The translations under genes were made by a program, and so were the position numbers. From Oscillospiraceae bacterium (GTDB lineage: Bacteria; Bacillota; Clostridia; Oscillospirales; Oscillospiraceae): DNA of 61,582 nucleotides. The stretch lies in NCBI GenBank assembly GCA_031281195.1, contig JAITFS010000243.1:1-61582 (forward strand), written 5' to 3'. Below the pieces are notes generated by a model. The model worked only from the letters and a program-made list of their open reading frames with translations. It had not been told where the DNA came from and did not search any database. How positions within the stretch are numbered: the stretch's first letter is position 1; each line of letters begins with the position of its first letter. Shown one piece after another: positions 19,556-28,725 of the stretch.

Positions 19556-20834
19556 TTTTCACTGTTTCTTTCTCTTTGATAATATCGTTGATTACTTTAC
19601 TGTACTTCACTGCTATATTTTCCCACGAAAGTTCTTTTGCCCATTCTACACCATTGTTACCTAATCTTTTTCGTTCCTCTTTGTTTGTAACTAATTCATA
19701 TAAAGCCTTTGCTAACTTTTCACTATTTCTATCTTCAACAATATAAGCTGTTTCATTTTCTACAAAAGACATCGTGTGTTTTGTGGTTACTATTGGCACA
19801 CCACTAGCACTGGCTTCTATATTTGCTGTTAAAAATCCGTCTCGATCACCATTTTTTGCTACAACTGATGGAGTACAAAAAATATCGCAAGATGCATACA
19901 TCACTCTTAGATTTTCGTGTGAAGTGTGTCCAAGAAATTTCACTCTATCTTTTAGATTAAATAAAGCTACATGTTCTTCAAGCGATTTTTTTAGTGGTCC
20001 ATCACCTACTATAACTAGTTTAGCATCAGTATCATATAGAATTTTTTCTTTCATTGCATTTATAAGATATAAAGCACCTTTTTTCTCTGTTAATCTACCA
20101 ACATGTAGAATAATTGTGCCATATTCATTAAAATTATCTTTATAGTATTCATTTACTTTATTTTTTGGAGAAAACTTTTTCACATCACAACCCATTGATA
20201 TTACTTCGATTTTTTCTTTTGTTAATGTGTCATCAGGTTTTATAATCGAATATAGTTTTTCTCTCATAGAATTTGATACAATAATAATTTTTTCTGTTCT
20301 TTTTAATATTCTCTTTTTTATACTTGTATTGATTGGGTCATTTAACCCCCATATATCATTACCAAGTCCAGAAACCAAAAACGGTGGGTTATTTTTTTTA
20401 TAGAATAATTGTTGAATTGCTCCTTGTGGCATAAACCAATGTGCATTTACACAACTATAATCATTCTCTTTTAATTGTTTTTTTATTGCTCTGTATAAAC
20501 CAAGAAGTAAAAATGGTGCTAAAAGTACTCTAATTGGTTTTTCTTTTATACGCGGTATTATTGCTCCGGGATAAGCTAATGTTTCCATCTTTCTGGTTGG
20601 TGCATATCTATATCGAACAACTTTTATATTACCAATTTCTGTTGTTATAACTTCATCCAGTAGTGCGTTAGGATCAGCAGGAACTAACACAGTAATTTCA
20701 AAATATTTTGATAAATACATAGCTAAGTCATAAATAAACATAGGCTCACTATCCCCGGAAAACCGTGGGAAAGTTGAAGCTGTAATCAAGAGATTTTTCT
20801 TATCATTTAAGTTTTCTGTTAAACTCAACATCAT
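19545..20834 (-). CDS. GT4-family glycosyltransferase
   Basis: HVGRLTEKKGALYLINAMK, LVIVGDGPLK, DGFLTANIEASASGVPIVTT (E-x7-E region). Confidence 0.8.
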   Translation of the reverse strand: MMLSLTENLNDKKNLLITASTFPRFSGDSEPMFIYDLAMYLSKYFEITVLVPADPNALLDEVITTEIGNIKVVRYRYAPTRKMETLAYPGAIIPRIKEKPIRVLLAPFLLLGLYRAIKKQLKENDYSCVNAHWFMPQGAIQQLFYKKNNPPFLVSGLGNDIWGLNDPINTSIKKRILKRTEKIIIVSNSMREKLYSIIKPDDTLTKEKIEVISMGCDVKKFSPKNKVNEYYKDNFNEYGTIILHVGRLTEKKGALYLINAMKEKILYDTDAKLVIVGDGPLKKSLEEHVALFNLKDRVKFLGHTSHENLRVMYASCDIFCTPSVVAKNGDRDGFLTANIEASASGVPIVTTKHTMSFVENETAYIVEDRNSEKLAKALYELVTNKEERKRLGNNGVEWAKELSWENIAVKYSKVINDIIKEKETVKNEQ

Positions 20835-21613
20835 ATACCTTTTCTCACAATAAACACATTGTTAGGTGATAGTGGCTGTAATATTTTATATAAAAATCCT
20901 GCACGTTTTGTACTTTTTTTACATTTCAATTTTATAGTATTTTCTTTTGTAGAGTATACATCCGGATATGCGATTATATCAGCAGTATACTCGTCATATT
21001 GAAAACCAATTTGTTTTATTATACGTTTAAACTTGAAGTAATTTATTAATAATATATCTTCTTGATATCTTTTAATTAATTTTAATAACAAAAAGAACAG
21101 ATGATTAGGTAACCAATGCAAAAACCACACTCCGGTATGTGCTTCCATTGGAAACAAACGATTTGGTGCATTAATGTAAGCACAACCATCACTTTTTAAC
21201 ACTCGATATATTTCATGTAATTGTATCTTTTGATCATTGTAACTAGATAAATGCTCAATAACATTATTATATATGACTATATCAAAACTATCATCACCAA
21301 AAGGTAGAGTTATATCTGTTAGTTTAATAAAATTTGATAGTTCGATTGATGGGATTTGAACATCACAACTTGCCACATTGTTTCCATAATTTTGCAAGAA
21401 CTGTGATATTTCACCATTTCCACAACCTACATCTAATATATTCATGTTACTTAACTCTAAATCCATACTAACAGTAAGTACACTTTTAATTAACCTTGCT
21501 TTTTCTATACGTGATAATGTTGAAGCATATCCACTATCCAGATAACTCTTTGCATCTCTCTGTTTTCTGTTACTAGAAAAAAAATACTTGGTTTTTATTA
21601 ATACTTTTTTCAT
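20831..21613 (-). CDS. Class I SAM-dependent methyltransferase
   Basis: ILDVGCGNGEISQFL, FDIVIYNNVIEHL, LKSDGCAYINAPN. Has ATGA overlaps with both neighbours. Confidence 0.75.
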   Translation of the reverse strand: MKKVLIKTKYFFSSNRKQRDAKSYLDSGYASTLSRIEKARLIKSVLTVSMDLELSNMNILDVGCGNGEISQFLQNYGNNVASCDVQIPSIELSNFIKLTDITLPFGDDSFDIVIYNNVIEHLSSYNDQKIQLHEIYRVLKSDGCAYINAPNRLFPMEAHTGVWFLHWLPNHLFFLLLKLIKRYQEDILLINYFKFKRIIKQIGFQYDEYTADIIAYPDVYSTKENTIKLKCKKSTKRAGFLYKILQPLSPNNVFIVRKGI

Positions 21614-23118
21614 TGTTTCATAAACCTAAACTTCCCTGTTCCTATAGAGTGTATAACAAAATAAATAGCTAGTGGTACTATTTGAATTAGCATACGTTCA
21701 AATGAACCACCATAACCTTCTCTAAAATAACCACCAGCCATAAATGCTCCTAATAAGGAAATAGGTAAAAATGTTGTTAACGAAAATCGTAACATAGTTG
21801 ATTCAGATTTTCGTTTTATGAACAATAGTATTATTATTATTAAGACAATAATTAATAGTAATGAAAATCCCCATGATGACTGCCATTGTGACTCTCTCTG
21901 GAATATAATAGTTTCAACTAAAGTCATACTTCTATGTATCATCCATCTTGGTGGTACTTTTTCATCAATATAATATAAGACTATCCATAAGGCTGCTTCT
22001 GTTATATATATCATATACCTTATAATATATGCGACTATTTTTATTTTATAAAGCCATTTTAATACAATTCCAATCACAACGACAGTTAAACCAATTAGAA
22101 CATGATATAAAGTAGGTGTTTCTAAATTGAAATTATATCCTCTACTTGCAGCGAGAAGATAATCTCTATAGTCAAGATATAATATATATCCATAATACAT
22201 AGCAACTGTTGCACCATATATAATTAGTATTAATTTTTTTTGATTAATTGTTACAGTATCTTTAGCTGCTATAAAAGGTATAATCATAAAAGCAACAATC
22301 AAAAATGATTCAGGACGAGTTACAATCATAGCAGATAAACATAGTGCCATCAGTATAAAATAAGCATTTTTATTTTCATTCTTTCTACTCATCACGATTG
22401 AACCACAAGCAGCAATCATTAATGCAAGTGCTGCAACAAGTAGATGTCCATTTATATAGAATAAATGAAAGACAAACCTATTTACGGTAATTAAAAGTAA
22501 TCCTCCGGCTAACATTAATAATATAGTTTTTTTCTTGGAAACAAAATCACTTACACTGTATTTAATGAACCACATTAATGATAAAACTGTTGATGTACCA
22601 AGTAACATAAAAACAGAACGCAAATAATACTCTCCTGTTATTTGTGCCGGGATAAAGATGATAGGTACACCTAACATACGATATATAAACCACCAACTAT
22701 GATAGCTTTCTACAGCATCAGCATAAAGCATTTTACTAAAAAAGATATATTGGAGTGAATCAGAGTGCCACTTTACCCAAACACCAAATTCAAACAATAG
22801 GAACACAACAATAATAATAAAAGTTATCATCATAACAGCATAAAAGCAAAAACTTTTTATTTCGTCTCTAATTACTATTTTTAATTTCTTTCGGATTAAT
22901 ATTGCTTTAATAATTGGATAAACATAAAACACAGATATTGTTATATACGGATTGTTTGGTATTGGTGAAATGATTTGCAATGTACCTACTACTATTTGAA
23001 GTGCAAGCCCGACTACGATACCCATAGCCATAGCTGCAAATCCTTTGATTCCAAGTGAATACAAAAAAACGTATCCACCGATGAAAATTAATATCATAAA
23101 TAACATTTCAACAATCAT
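21610..23118 (-). CDS. Polytopic membrane protein, ~12+ TM, family not recognised (copy 1; paralogue of 24674..26176)
   Basis: 502 aa, hydrophobic throughout. Motifs shared with copy 2: MIVE.., W..DS..Y, GVPII..PAQI.GE.YLR.VF.LLG, AGGLLL.T.NRFV...FYINGHL..AALAL, TR.ES, RMLIQIVPLAI. Confidence 0.5.
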   Translation of the reverse strand: MIVEMLFMILIFIGGYVFLYSLGIKGFAAMAMGIVVGLALQIVVGTLQIISPIPNNPYITISVFYVYPIIKAILIRKKLKIVIRDEIKSFCFYAVMMITFIIIVVFLLFEFGVWVKWHSDSLQYIFFSKMLYADAVESYHSWWFIYRMLGVPIIFIPAQITGEYYLRSVFMLLGTSTVLSLMWFIKYSVSDFVSKKKTILLMLAGGLLLITVNRFVFHLFYINGHLLVAALALMIAACGSIVMSRKNENKNAYFILMALCLSAMIVTRPESFLIVAFMIIPFIAAKDTVTINQKKLILIIYGATVAMYYGYILYLDYRDYLLAASRGYNFNLETPTLYHVLIGLTVVVIGIVLKWLYKIKIVAYIIRYMIYITEAALWIVLYYIDEKVPPRWMIHRSMTLVETIIFQRESQWQSSWGFSLLLIIVLIIIILLFIKRKSESTMLRFSLTTFLPISLLGAFMAGGYFREGYGGSFERMLIQIVPLAIYFVIHSIGTGKFRFMKQ

Positions 23119-23675
23119 CGTCTCAGCATCTCTATTCTTTCATACATATAATCCGGCAGTAAAGATGTATCTATAAAAATAACTATATAACCATGCCACC
23201 AAAGTGTTATAAACTCAGTTGCTTGTGTGTGTTCACTATTTAAAGCAATACGATGTCTTGAATCTTCATAAGTTGGTGGTATGATATATGGAGTTGGATC
23301 AAAATCATCAAGAAAACTATGAGGGTCATATTCCAACCATTCAAATGATTTTATATTACCAAGAAACACAAAATACCTAAATGGGTTAATCCATTCTCCT
23401 AAATGTAATCCATGCGGAGGGGTAATAAGATTTGCATTATCACTAACCTTACCCAAATCATAAGCATATTCATGGCGTGATCTATGTACCGGTACTTCCC
23501 AAAAAGCAATTTCATAGATATCCATATCTGAAGGGTATCTATAGAATGCTTTAAATCTCAAAGGAGCACGGTTATCCATCTCTTGGAATTCTAAAACATT
23601 TATTAATACAACAGCAAAGACTAATATAATAAGAACATTTTGTACTGTAAAAAGTGATATAAACTTTTTCAACAT
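23115..23675 (-). CDS. Single-pass membrane protein with ~150-aa predicted extracytoplasmic domain, family not recognised; homologous to the C-terminus of the 847-aa protein
   Basis: 186 aa. N-terminal TM is VLIILVFAVVLINVL. Motifs DIYEIAFWEVPVH, FLGNIKSFEWLEYD and EFITLWWHGYIVIFIDTSLL align with 26182..26712. Confidence 0.5.
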   Translation of the reverse strand: MLKKFISLFTVQNVLIILVFAVVLINVLEFQEMDNRAPLRFKAFYRYPSDMDIYEIAFWEVPVHRSRHEYAYDLGKVSDNANLITPPHGLHLGEWINPFRYFVFLGNIKSFEWLEYDPHSFLDDFDPTPYIIPPTYEDSRHRIALNSEHTQATEFITLWWHGYIVIFIDTSLLPDYMYERIEMLRR

Positions 23676-23681
23676 ATTATA

Positions 23682-24656
23682 TTACCTTTTCTTGTTTGTA
23701 TCAGTGTTCTTATCAACACATTCACATTCCATTTTACGCACTCTGTATTGCACATCCTCAATCATCTTTCGATTTGCTGCTGCTACATCAGCTTGTAATC
23801 CCGCTATAATAAGCTGCACACCTACCATAATAAGCATTGCCGCAAGCACCAGAGATGGTATATTCCCACCGCCACCACCTAAATGCGACAAAATAAACCA
23901 ACGTACTATAAATCCAACTCCAACCAATGATACTGCTGTACCTAAATACATAAAAAACTTTAGAGGTCTATACATCATAACTGAACGAACAATAACTGTC
24001 GCTGAGCGTTGTATATATCCCCACATACTTTTAAACAGCCGTGATTTTCTAAGCTCAGGATTTGTACGTACCGGCACGCTCGTTATAGAAATACGATTAT
24101 TACCTGCTTGGATAATTGTCTCTAACGTGTAAGTATACATATTATGTACATTTATTCTCAAAGCTGCTTCACGCGAATATGCACGAAATCCACTTGGAGC
24201 ATCTGGAATTTTTGTTCCGGATGCTATACGTACCACAAGTGAACCTAAACGTTGTAAACGTTTTTTCACAAACGAAAAATGCTTAGTTTTATCAATTGGT
24301 CGCTCACCAATTACAATATCTGCTTGCTCTTTAAGAATTGGTTCTATAAGCTTCTCAATATCTGCAGCGTTATATTGATTGTCAGCATCAGTATTTACAA
24401 TTATATCTGCTCCAAGCTTTAAGCAAGCGTCAACACCTGTAATAAATGCACGGGCAAGCCCTGAGTTCATTTTTAGTTTTACTATATGATGAACACCACA
24501 CTCACGTGCTATAAGAGCAGTATTATCCGTACTACCATCATCAATAATTAAATACTCAATCTCATCAATGCCTTTTACAGAACGTGGTAAATCAGCTACT
24601 GTAACGGGTAGAGTTTTTTCTTCATTATAGCATGGTATTTGTATTAAAAGCTTCAC
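23682..24656 (-). CDS. GT2 polyprenyl-phosphate glycosyltransferase (GtrB/CsbB/ArnC/DPM1-like) with two C-terminal TM helices
   Basis: IQIPCYNEEKTL, YLIIDDGSTDNT, VNTDADNQY. C-terminal TMs are FFMYLGTAVSLVGVGFIVRWFIL and IPSLVLAAMLIMVGVQLIIAGL. GTG start. Confidence 0.8.
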   Translation of the reverse strand: MKLLIQIPCYNEEKTLPVTVADLPRSVKGIDEIEYLIIDDGSTDNTALIARECGVHHIVKLKMNSGLARAFITGVDACLKLGADIIVNTDADNQYNAADIEKLIEPILKEQADIVIGERPIDKTKHFSFVKKRLQRLGSLVVRIASGTKIPDAPSGFRAYSREAALRINVHNMYTYTLETIIQAGNNRISITSVPVRTNPELRKSRLFKSMWGYIQRSATVIVRSVMMYRPLKFFMYLGTAVSLVGVGFIVRWFILSHLGGGGGNIPSLVLAAMLIMVGVQLIIAGLQADVAAANRKMIEDVQYRVRKMECECVDKNTDTNKKR

Positions 24657-24673
24657 GTGTCTACTAGCCTCTC

Positions 24674-26176
24674 TTATGCATCGTCAATCTGATTATACAC
24701 TATTTTCTTTATTTTTTCAATGTATAACACACATCTCTCCTTAGTAAATCTAAAATCACCTAATCCAATGGACATTACGATAAATAATATAGCAAGCGGT
24801 ACAATTTGAATTAACATTCTATTCATTGAATCTCCAAATCCAACTCTATAAGGACTCTCTCTTAAATGCGCTAATATAAACATAAATGGTAGAAACGTTG
24901 TAACCGGAAAGCGAAGTATTGCCATGTTTTTTGGTCGTTTTATTAACAAAAGAACAGAAATAGTCAAGCATATTAGTATTACAAATGACCAACCCCACGC
25001 ACCATCTCCTAATATAATGTTATGGTATATTGATTCCAGAGTGGTATTAATTATATATCGATTTTGGTATGAGAGTATTATCAGTGTATACCATAATAAT
25101 AATTCTGAAATTATAACAATATTAGTAACAACAAATTTTATTACTTTTAACTTAATTAAGAATTTTAATAAAATTGCGAGAAATGTTAGTAGAATACCAA
25201 ATAAAACATAGGAAAAAACCAAGCTGTTTATTCCGTTATCTAATAATAAAAGAATAAAAGAATGGCATATAACCGCTGATACCCCAAGTGATAATAATAT
25301 AGCACTTTTGTACTTCCATGATAAAATTTTAGCAGCAAGTATCGGTAATACTGCAAGTGCGGCAACTAAAATTGATTCTGATCTTGTTAATACTAATGCA
25401 GGTATAGCTACTATTATTATTGCCAATAAACGTTTTTTGCTTTTATTATCATCAGATACCATAAACCAAGCGCAACCCGATATCACAAGAGCAAGTGCAG
25501 CACAAAACAGATGTCCATTTATATAAAAACTATTCCAAACAAACCTGTTATTTGTTAATAATAACAGTCCCCCTGCAAATACTAAAAACCACATAGTTTT
25601 CTTTGATACTCGTTTTTTTAGTCCTTGATATATAAAACACATCAATGTCGTAAATGTTGCAATACCAAGAAGTGGGAATACTGCACGCAAATAAACTTCA
25701 CCAACTATCTGTGCCGGGCTATGTATAATAGGTACTCCGAACATTCTTTTTGTCAAAAGGTCTTCTGAGAGTAACTCTAATCTGTTTTCATACATAATTT
25801 GACTGGACAATAAGTACCGCATTGAATCATAACTCCATTTAACGAAACCTTCATTAAAAAGTAATGTAACAGTAATAGTTACAACAGCAATTGAAACTGC
25901 TATGTATGTTAGTAATCTTATAAAACTGATTGATGTTATGCCTTTGATACATGTATAAATTAACAACAGAAACGGTAACAAAAAGGTTAATCCAACAGTA
26001 ATTACAGCATTGTATGGTACATTAATCATTATCAATACGGTGCCAATAATTACTTGTATTGCAAGTCCCATGATAAAACCAAGAGAAATAGCAGCAACCC
26101 CTCGTATACCCATTGTGTACACAAAAGCAAAACCACCAAGCAATATTAAACTTAAACAAATTAGTTCAACTATCAT
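24674..26176 (-). CDS. Polytopic membrane protein, family not recognised (copy 2; paralogue of 21610..23118)
   Basis: 500 aa. Shares the motif set listed for copy 1. Confidence 0.5.
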   Translation of the reverse strand: MIVELICLSLILLGGFAFVYTMGIRGVAAISLGFIMGLAIQVIIGTVLIMINVPYNAVITVGLTFLLPFLLLIYTCIKGITSISFIRLLTYIAVSIAVVTITVTLLFNEGFVKWSYDSMRYLLSSQIMYENRLELLSEDLLTKRMFGVPIIHSPAQIVGEVYLRAVFPLLGIATFTTLMCFIYQGLKKRVSKKTMWFLVFAGGLLLLTNNRFVWNSFYINGHLFCAALALVISGCAWFMVSDDNKSKKRLLAIIIVAIPALVLTRSESILVAALAVLPILAAKILSWKYKSAILLSLGVSAVICHSFILLLLDNGINSLVFSYVLFGILLTFLAILLKFLIKLKVIKFVVTNIVIISELLLWYTLIILSYQNRYIINTTLESIYHNIILGDGAWGWSFVILICLTISVLLLIKRPKNMAILRFPVTTFLPFMFILAHLRESPYRVGFGDSMNRMLIQIVPLAILFIVMSIGLGDFRFTKERCVLYIEKIKKIVYNQIDDA

Positions 26177-26181
26177 TTAAC

Positions 26182-28725
26182 TTATCTCCTGAGCTCGCGT
26201 ATCACATCTTTAGTTAGTAGAGTAATATCAATAATCAGTGTAACCTCATCATATTGTTCAATTAATAAAAACTCTTTCGCTTTGTCATGTTCAGCACTCA
26301 TCAGTATTCTATACTGCCTATCTTGTGGTATGTCTTCATTTCCAATTACTGTATAAAGTCTTATATCTAAATCATCCGGTAAAATACTAACATCATAATT
26401 TAACCTTTCAATACTGCTAATATTCCCGAAAAACAATATAACCTCCGGCATAAGGTATGATAAATAATAATCATCCGGTATAATAAGCACAGCGTTATTA
26501 CTGACAGTTCCTAATGCCTCTGCCATTCCGTAATAGAATTTGTGCCCAGGTGATTCAGAAAAAACTATTTCATAAATATCTGATGTATCATAGTTATATA
26601 ACGCTCTGTATCTTTCCCATATAATATTATCTATGCTTCTAAATTGAATAATATTGATTAGAATAGCCAATAAAAGCATAACTGCAAAAACCATTTTAAT
26701 ATTAACAAAGCTCTGTATACCTTGTTTTTTATTTGTTGGTTCTGCATTAGATATGTATGGTTTCTCGCCAAGATTAATACTTAGTAATTCTAAAGCTAAA
26801 CCTCTCTCATCTTTGCTTAACTCTCCAAGCCACTTATCTGAACCTTCCGTGTTTGAATATAAAATTATCATAGAGGTTTTTATGTTTTCTAGGTTTTTAT
26901 CAATTTGGTGTTTAGTTCCGGCAGAGTATTCTCTGTTTTCTACAAAAGTATTGATATCTCTATACGCAATTAGATAACCTCTAAGCTTCTGTATGTTACC
27001 TTCGCCGGTTGTAGTTGAACCGGAGCGTATCCTTCTGATATAAAACGTTTCTTTAAGATGCGAAACTCTATCTGCTTGCATAATACATAGAAATGTAAAA
27101 AGATCGTCTTCGTGGAAAACACCCTCACAGAAGCTAATATGACATTTTTTAATATAATCTGTACTAATTAACAACATACATGGTGAGCATCTGTATTCAT
27201 CGTTAACCATCATAGCGGTAAACATATTAGGACCATTATCAACAGCACTATAATCAAATGCTCTTATATAGTAATTGTCAGAAATTCTTCTATTGTTTTC
27301 GTATTGTAACTCTTTATCGTAAATAATTTCTGAATCAAAAGATACAATATCAAGATTATTTTCTACAGAATAATTATACGTTTTCTCAAGAGCATTAGGC
27401 TTTAACATATCATCACTATCAATAAAATATATGTATTTTCCTTTAGCTGCTCTTATTCCTTTGTTACGTGCTGCTCCTTGTCCCCGGTTTTCTTGAGAAA
27501 TAACCACAAAACGATTATCGTTAGCTGCATATTCATTTAGTATTACCAATGAATCATCTGTTGAACCATCGTTTATGCAAATTATCTCTATATCATGAAG
27601 TGTTTGATTTACAATACTATCAAGGCACTCACGTAAGTATTTTTCTGTATTATAAACCGGGATAATCACACTAACTGCAACTCTTTTCCCAGTTTTATTT
27701 TCTGCCAGGTAAGTTACAGTTTCATCAACTTTTTCAAGTAATGCACGCATTAATACTTTGTCATCATCGTTATAATTAGTGTACCTTAGGTTAAGCCTAT
27801 CCGCACAAAATGATACATCAAGCGGGCCATATATTAAAAGCTTATCTCCAAGTGAAATAATAATATCCTCAAGCTCTTTTTCACTTGTTAATATTCTCTC
27901 ACCTGATATGTTAGCATCCAGTAACATTGCATACTCAATCGAGTATTTTTTCATTTTTGTTGTAGATACCTCACCGGTTGCTTTTATTTCATTAAACAAT
28001 CTACCCAGTTGAAAGGCGTCGAGTGCATCTCTGGGATATGGCTCTGATGAATGCCACTTGTTTATCCAATTTACAATGCCTTTTCTTTCAACTTGCTTTT
28101 TGCTTCTGATTGGAAAATGAGCAAATACTAACTTATCACAAATTTCTGATTTTATGCTTTGCTTTTTATTTGGATAAATCAAAAAGTGTGTTCCATCAAC
28201 AACTGTTGCTTTTTTATCTACAATTAAATATTTACTAATGATAACTTTTTTATGCCGCTCGTATTTATCAGGGTTTTCCATCTCCGGATTTCTATAATGT
28301 GTGAAATTATTTGGCATAAACCCTAATTTAATATCAGGTTCATGCTCATACACATAAGTTCTCCATATCGCTTGATATTCCACGTCTTCTTGCATTTTCT
28401 CAAGTGTTTCCCGCGGGTTAATCCCATCAATATGATATAAGAATTCATCTGTATCTAAAGGTATTACCAGGTCTGCATTATACTTATTTGCTGCGATTTT
28501 TATAAGTTCTTTTTTTGCAATCTCATAATTTTTATCTTCATCATCTTCAAAATAGATAGAAAGTCCTTCATATATTAGTTTTGTCAGTATTTCACGGGTA
28601 TTATCGCTGCTTTTGTGGTTTTCATACACAAGCATAATATCACAAAAAGATAAAGTGTAACGACAAAAAGACTCAACAATATCAGCTTCATTTTTTATTG
28701 CAACTGTTGCCACAATCTTTTTCAT
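26182..28725 (-). CDS. Multidomain protein: N-terminal GT-A (Glyco_tranf_2_4-like) + classical GT2 + one TM + C-terminal ectodomain homologous to 23115..23675
   Basis: VATVAIKNEADIVESF...PLDTDEFL; VSVIIPVYNTEKYLRECLDSIVNQ..ICINDGSTDDS..YIYFIDSDD; TM MVFAVMLLLAILINIIQF (about 26643-26702); then DIYEIVFSESPGH...IDITLLTKDVIRELRR. Confidence 0.7.
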   Translation of the reverse strand: MKKIVATVAIKNEADIVESFCRYTLSFCDIMLVYENHKSSDNTREILTKLIYEGLSIYFEDDEDKNYEIAKKELIKIAANKYNADLVIPLDTDEFLYHIDGINPRETLEKMQEDVEYQAIWRTYVYEHEPDIKLGFMPNNFTHYRNPEMENPDKYERHKKVIISKYLIVDKKATVVDGTHFLIYPNKKQSIKSEICDKLVFAHFPIRSKKQVERKGIVNWINKWHSSEPYPRDALDAFQLGRLFNEIKATGEVSTTKMKKYSIEYAMLLDANISGERILTSEKELEDIIISLGDKLLIYGPLDVSFCADRLNLRYTNYNDDDKVLMRALLEKVDETVTYLAENKTGKRVAVSVIIPVYNTEKYLRECLDSIVNQTLHDIEIICINDGSTDDSLVILNEYAANDNRFVVISQENRGQGAARNKGIRAAKGKYIYFIDSDDMLKPNALEKTYNYSVENNLDIVSFDSEIIYDKELQYENNRRISDNYYIRAFDYSAVDNGPNMFTAMMVNDEYRCSPCMLLISTDYIKKCHISFCEGVFHEDDLFTFLCIMQADRVSHLKETFYIRRIRSGSTTTGEGNIQKLRGYLIAYRDINTFVENREYSAGTKHQIDKNLENIKTSMIILYSNTEGSDKWLGELSKDERGLALELLSINLGEKPYISNAEPTNKKQGIQSFVNIKMVFAVMLLLAILINIIQFRSIDNIIWERYRALYNYDTSDIYEIVFSESPGHKFYYGMAEALGTVSNNAVLIIPDDYYLSYLMPEVILFFGNISSIERLNYDVSILPDDLDIRLYTVIGNEDIPQDRQYRILMSAEHDKAKEFLLIEQYDEVTLIIDITLLTKDVIRELRR

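Noticed and set aside
23692-24132. 146-aa plus-strand ORF, together with many similar 60-170-aa track ORFs (for example 3158..3367, 4105..4401, 5805..6182, 13146..13541, 15951..16217, 19774..20145, 26654..26977, 28916..29275, 30310..30819, 35765..36160, 41325..41615, 60715..60984).
   Set aside because: All lie antisense to, or out of frame within, long ORFs that have strong family motifs. Their translations are low-complexity (I/F/L/S/N-rich), lack SDs, and are what an AT-rich genome is expected to produce by chance.
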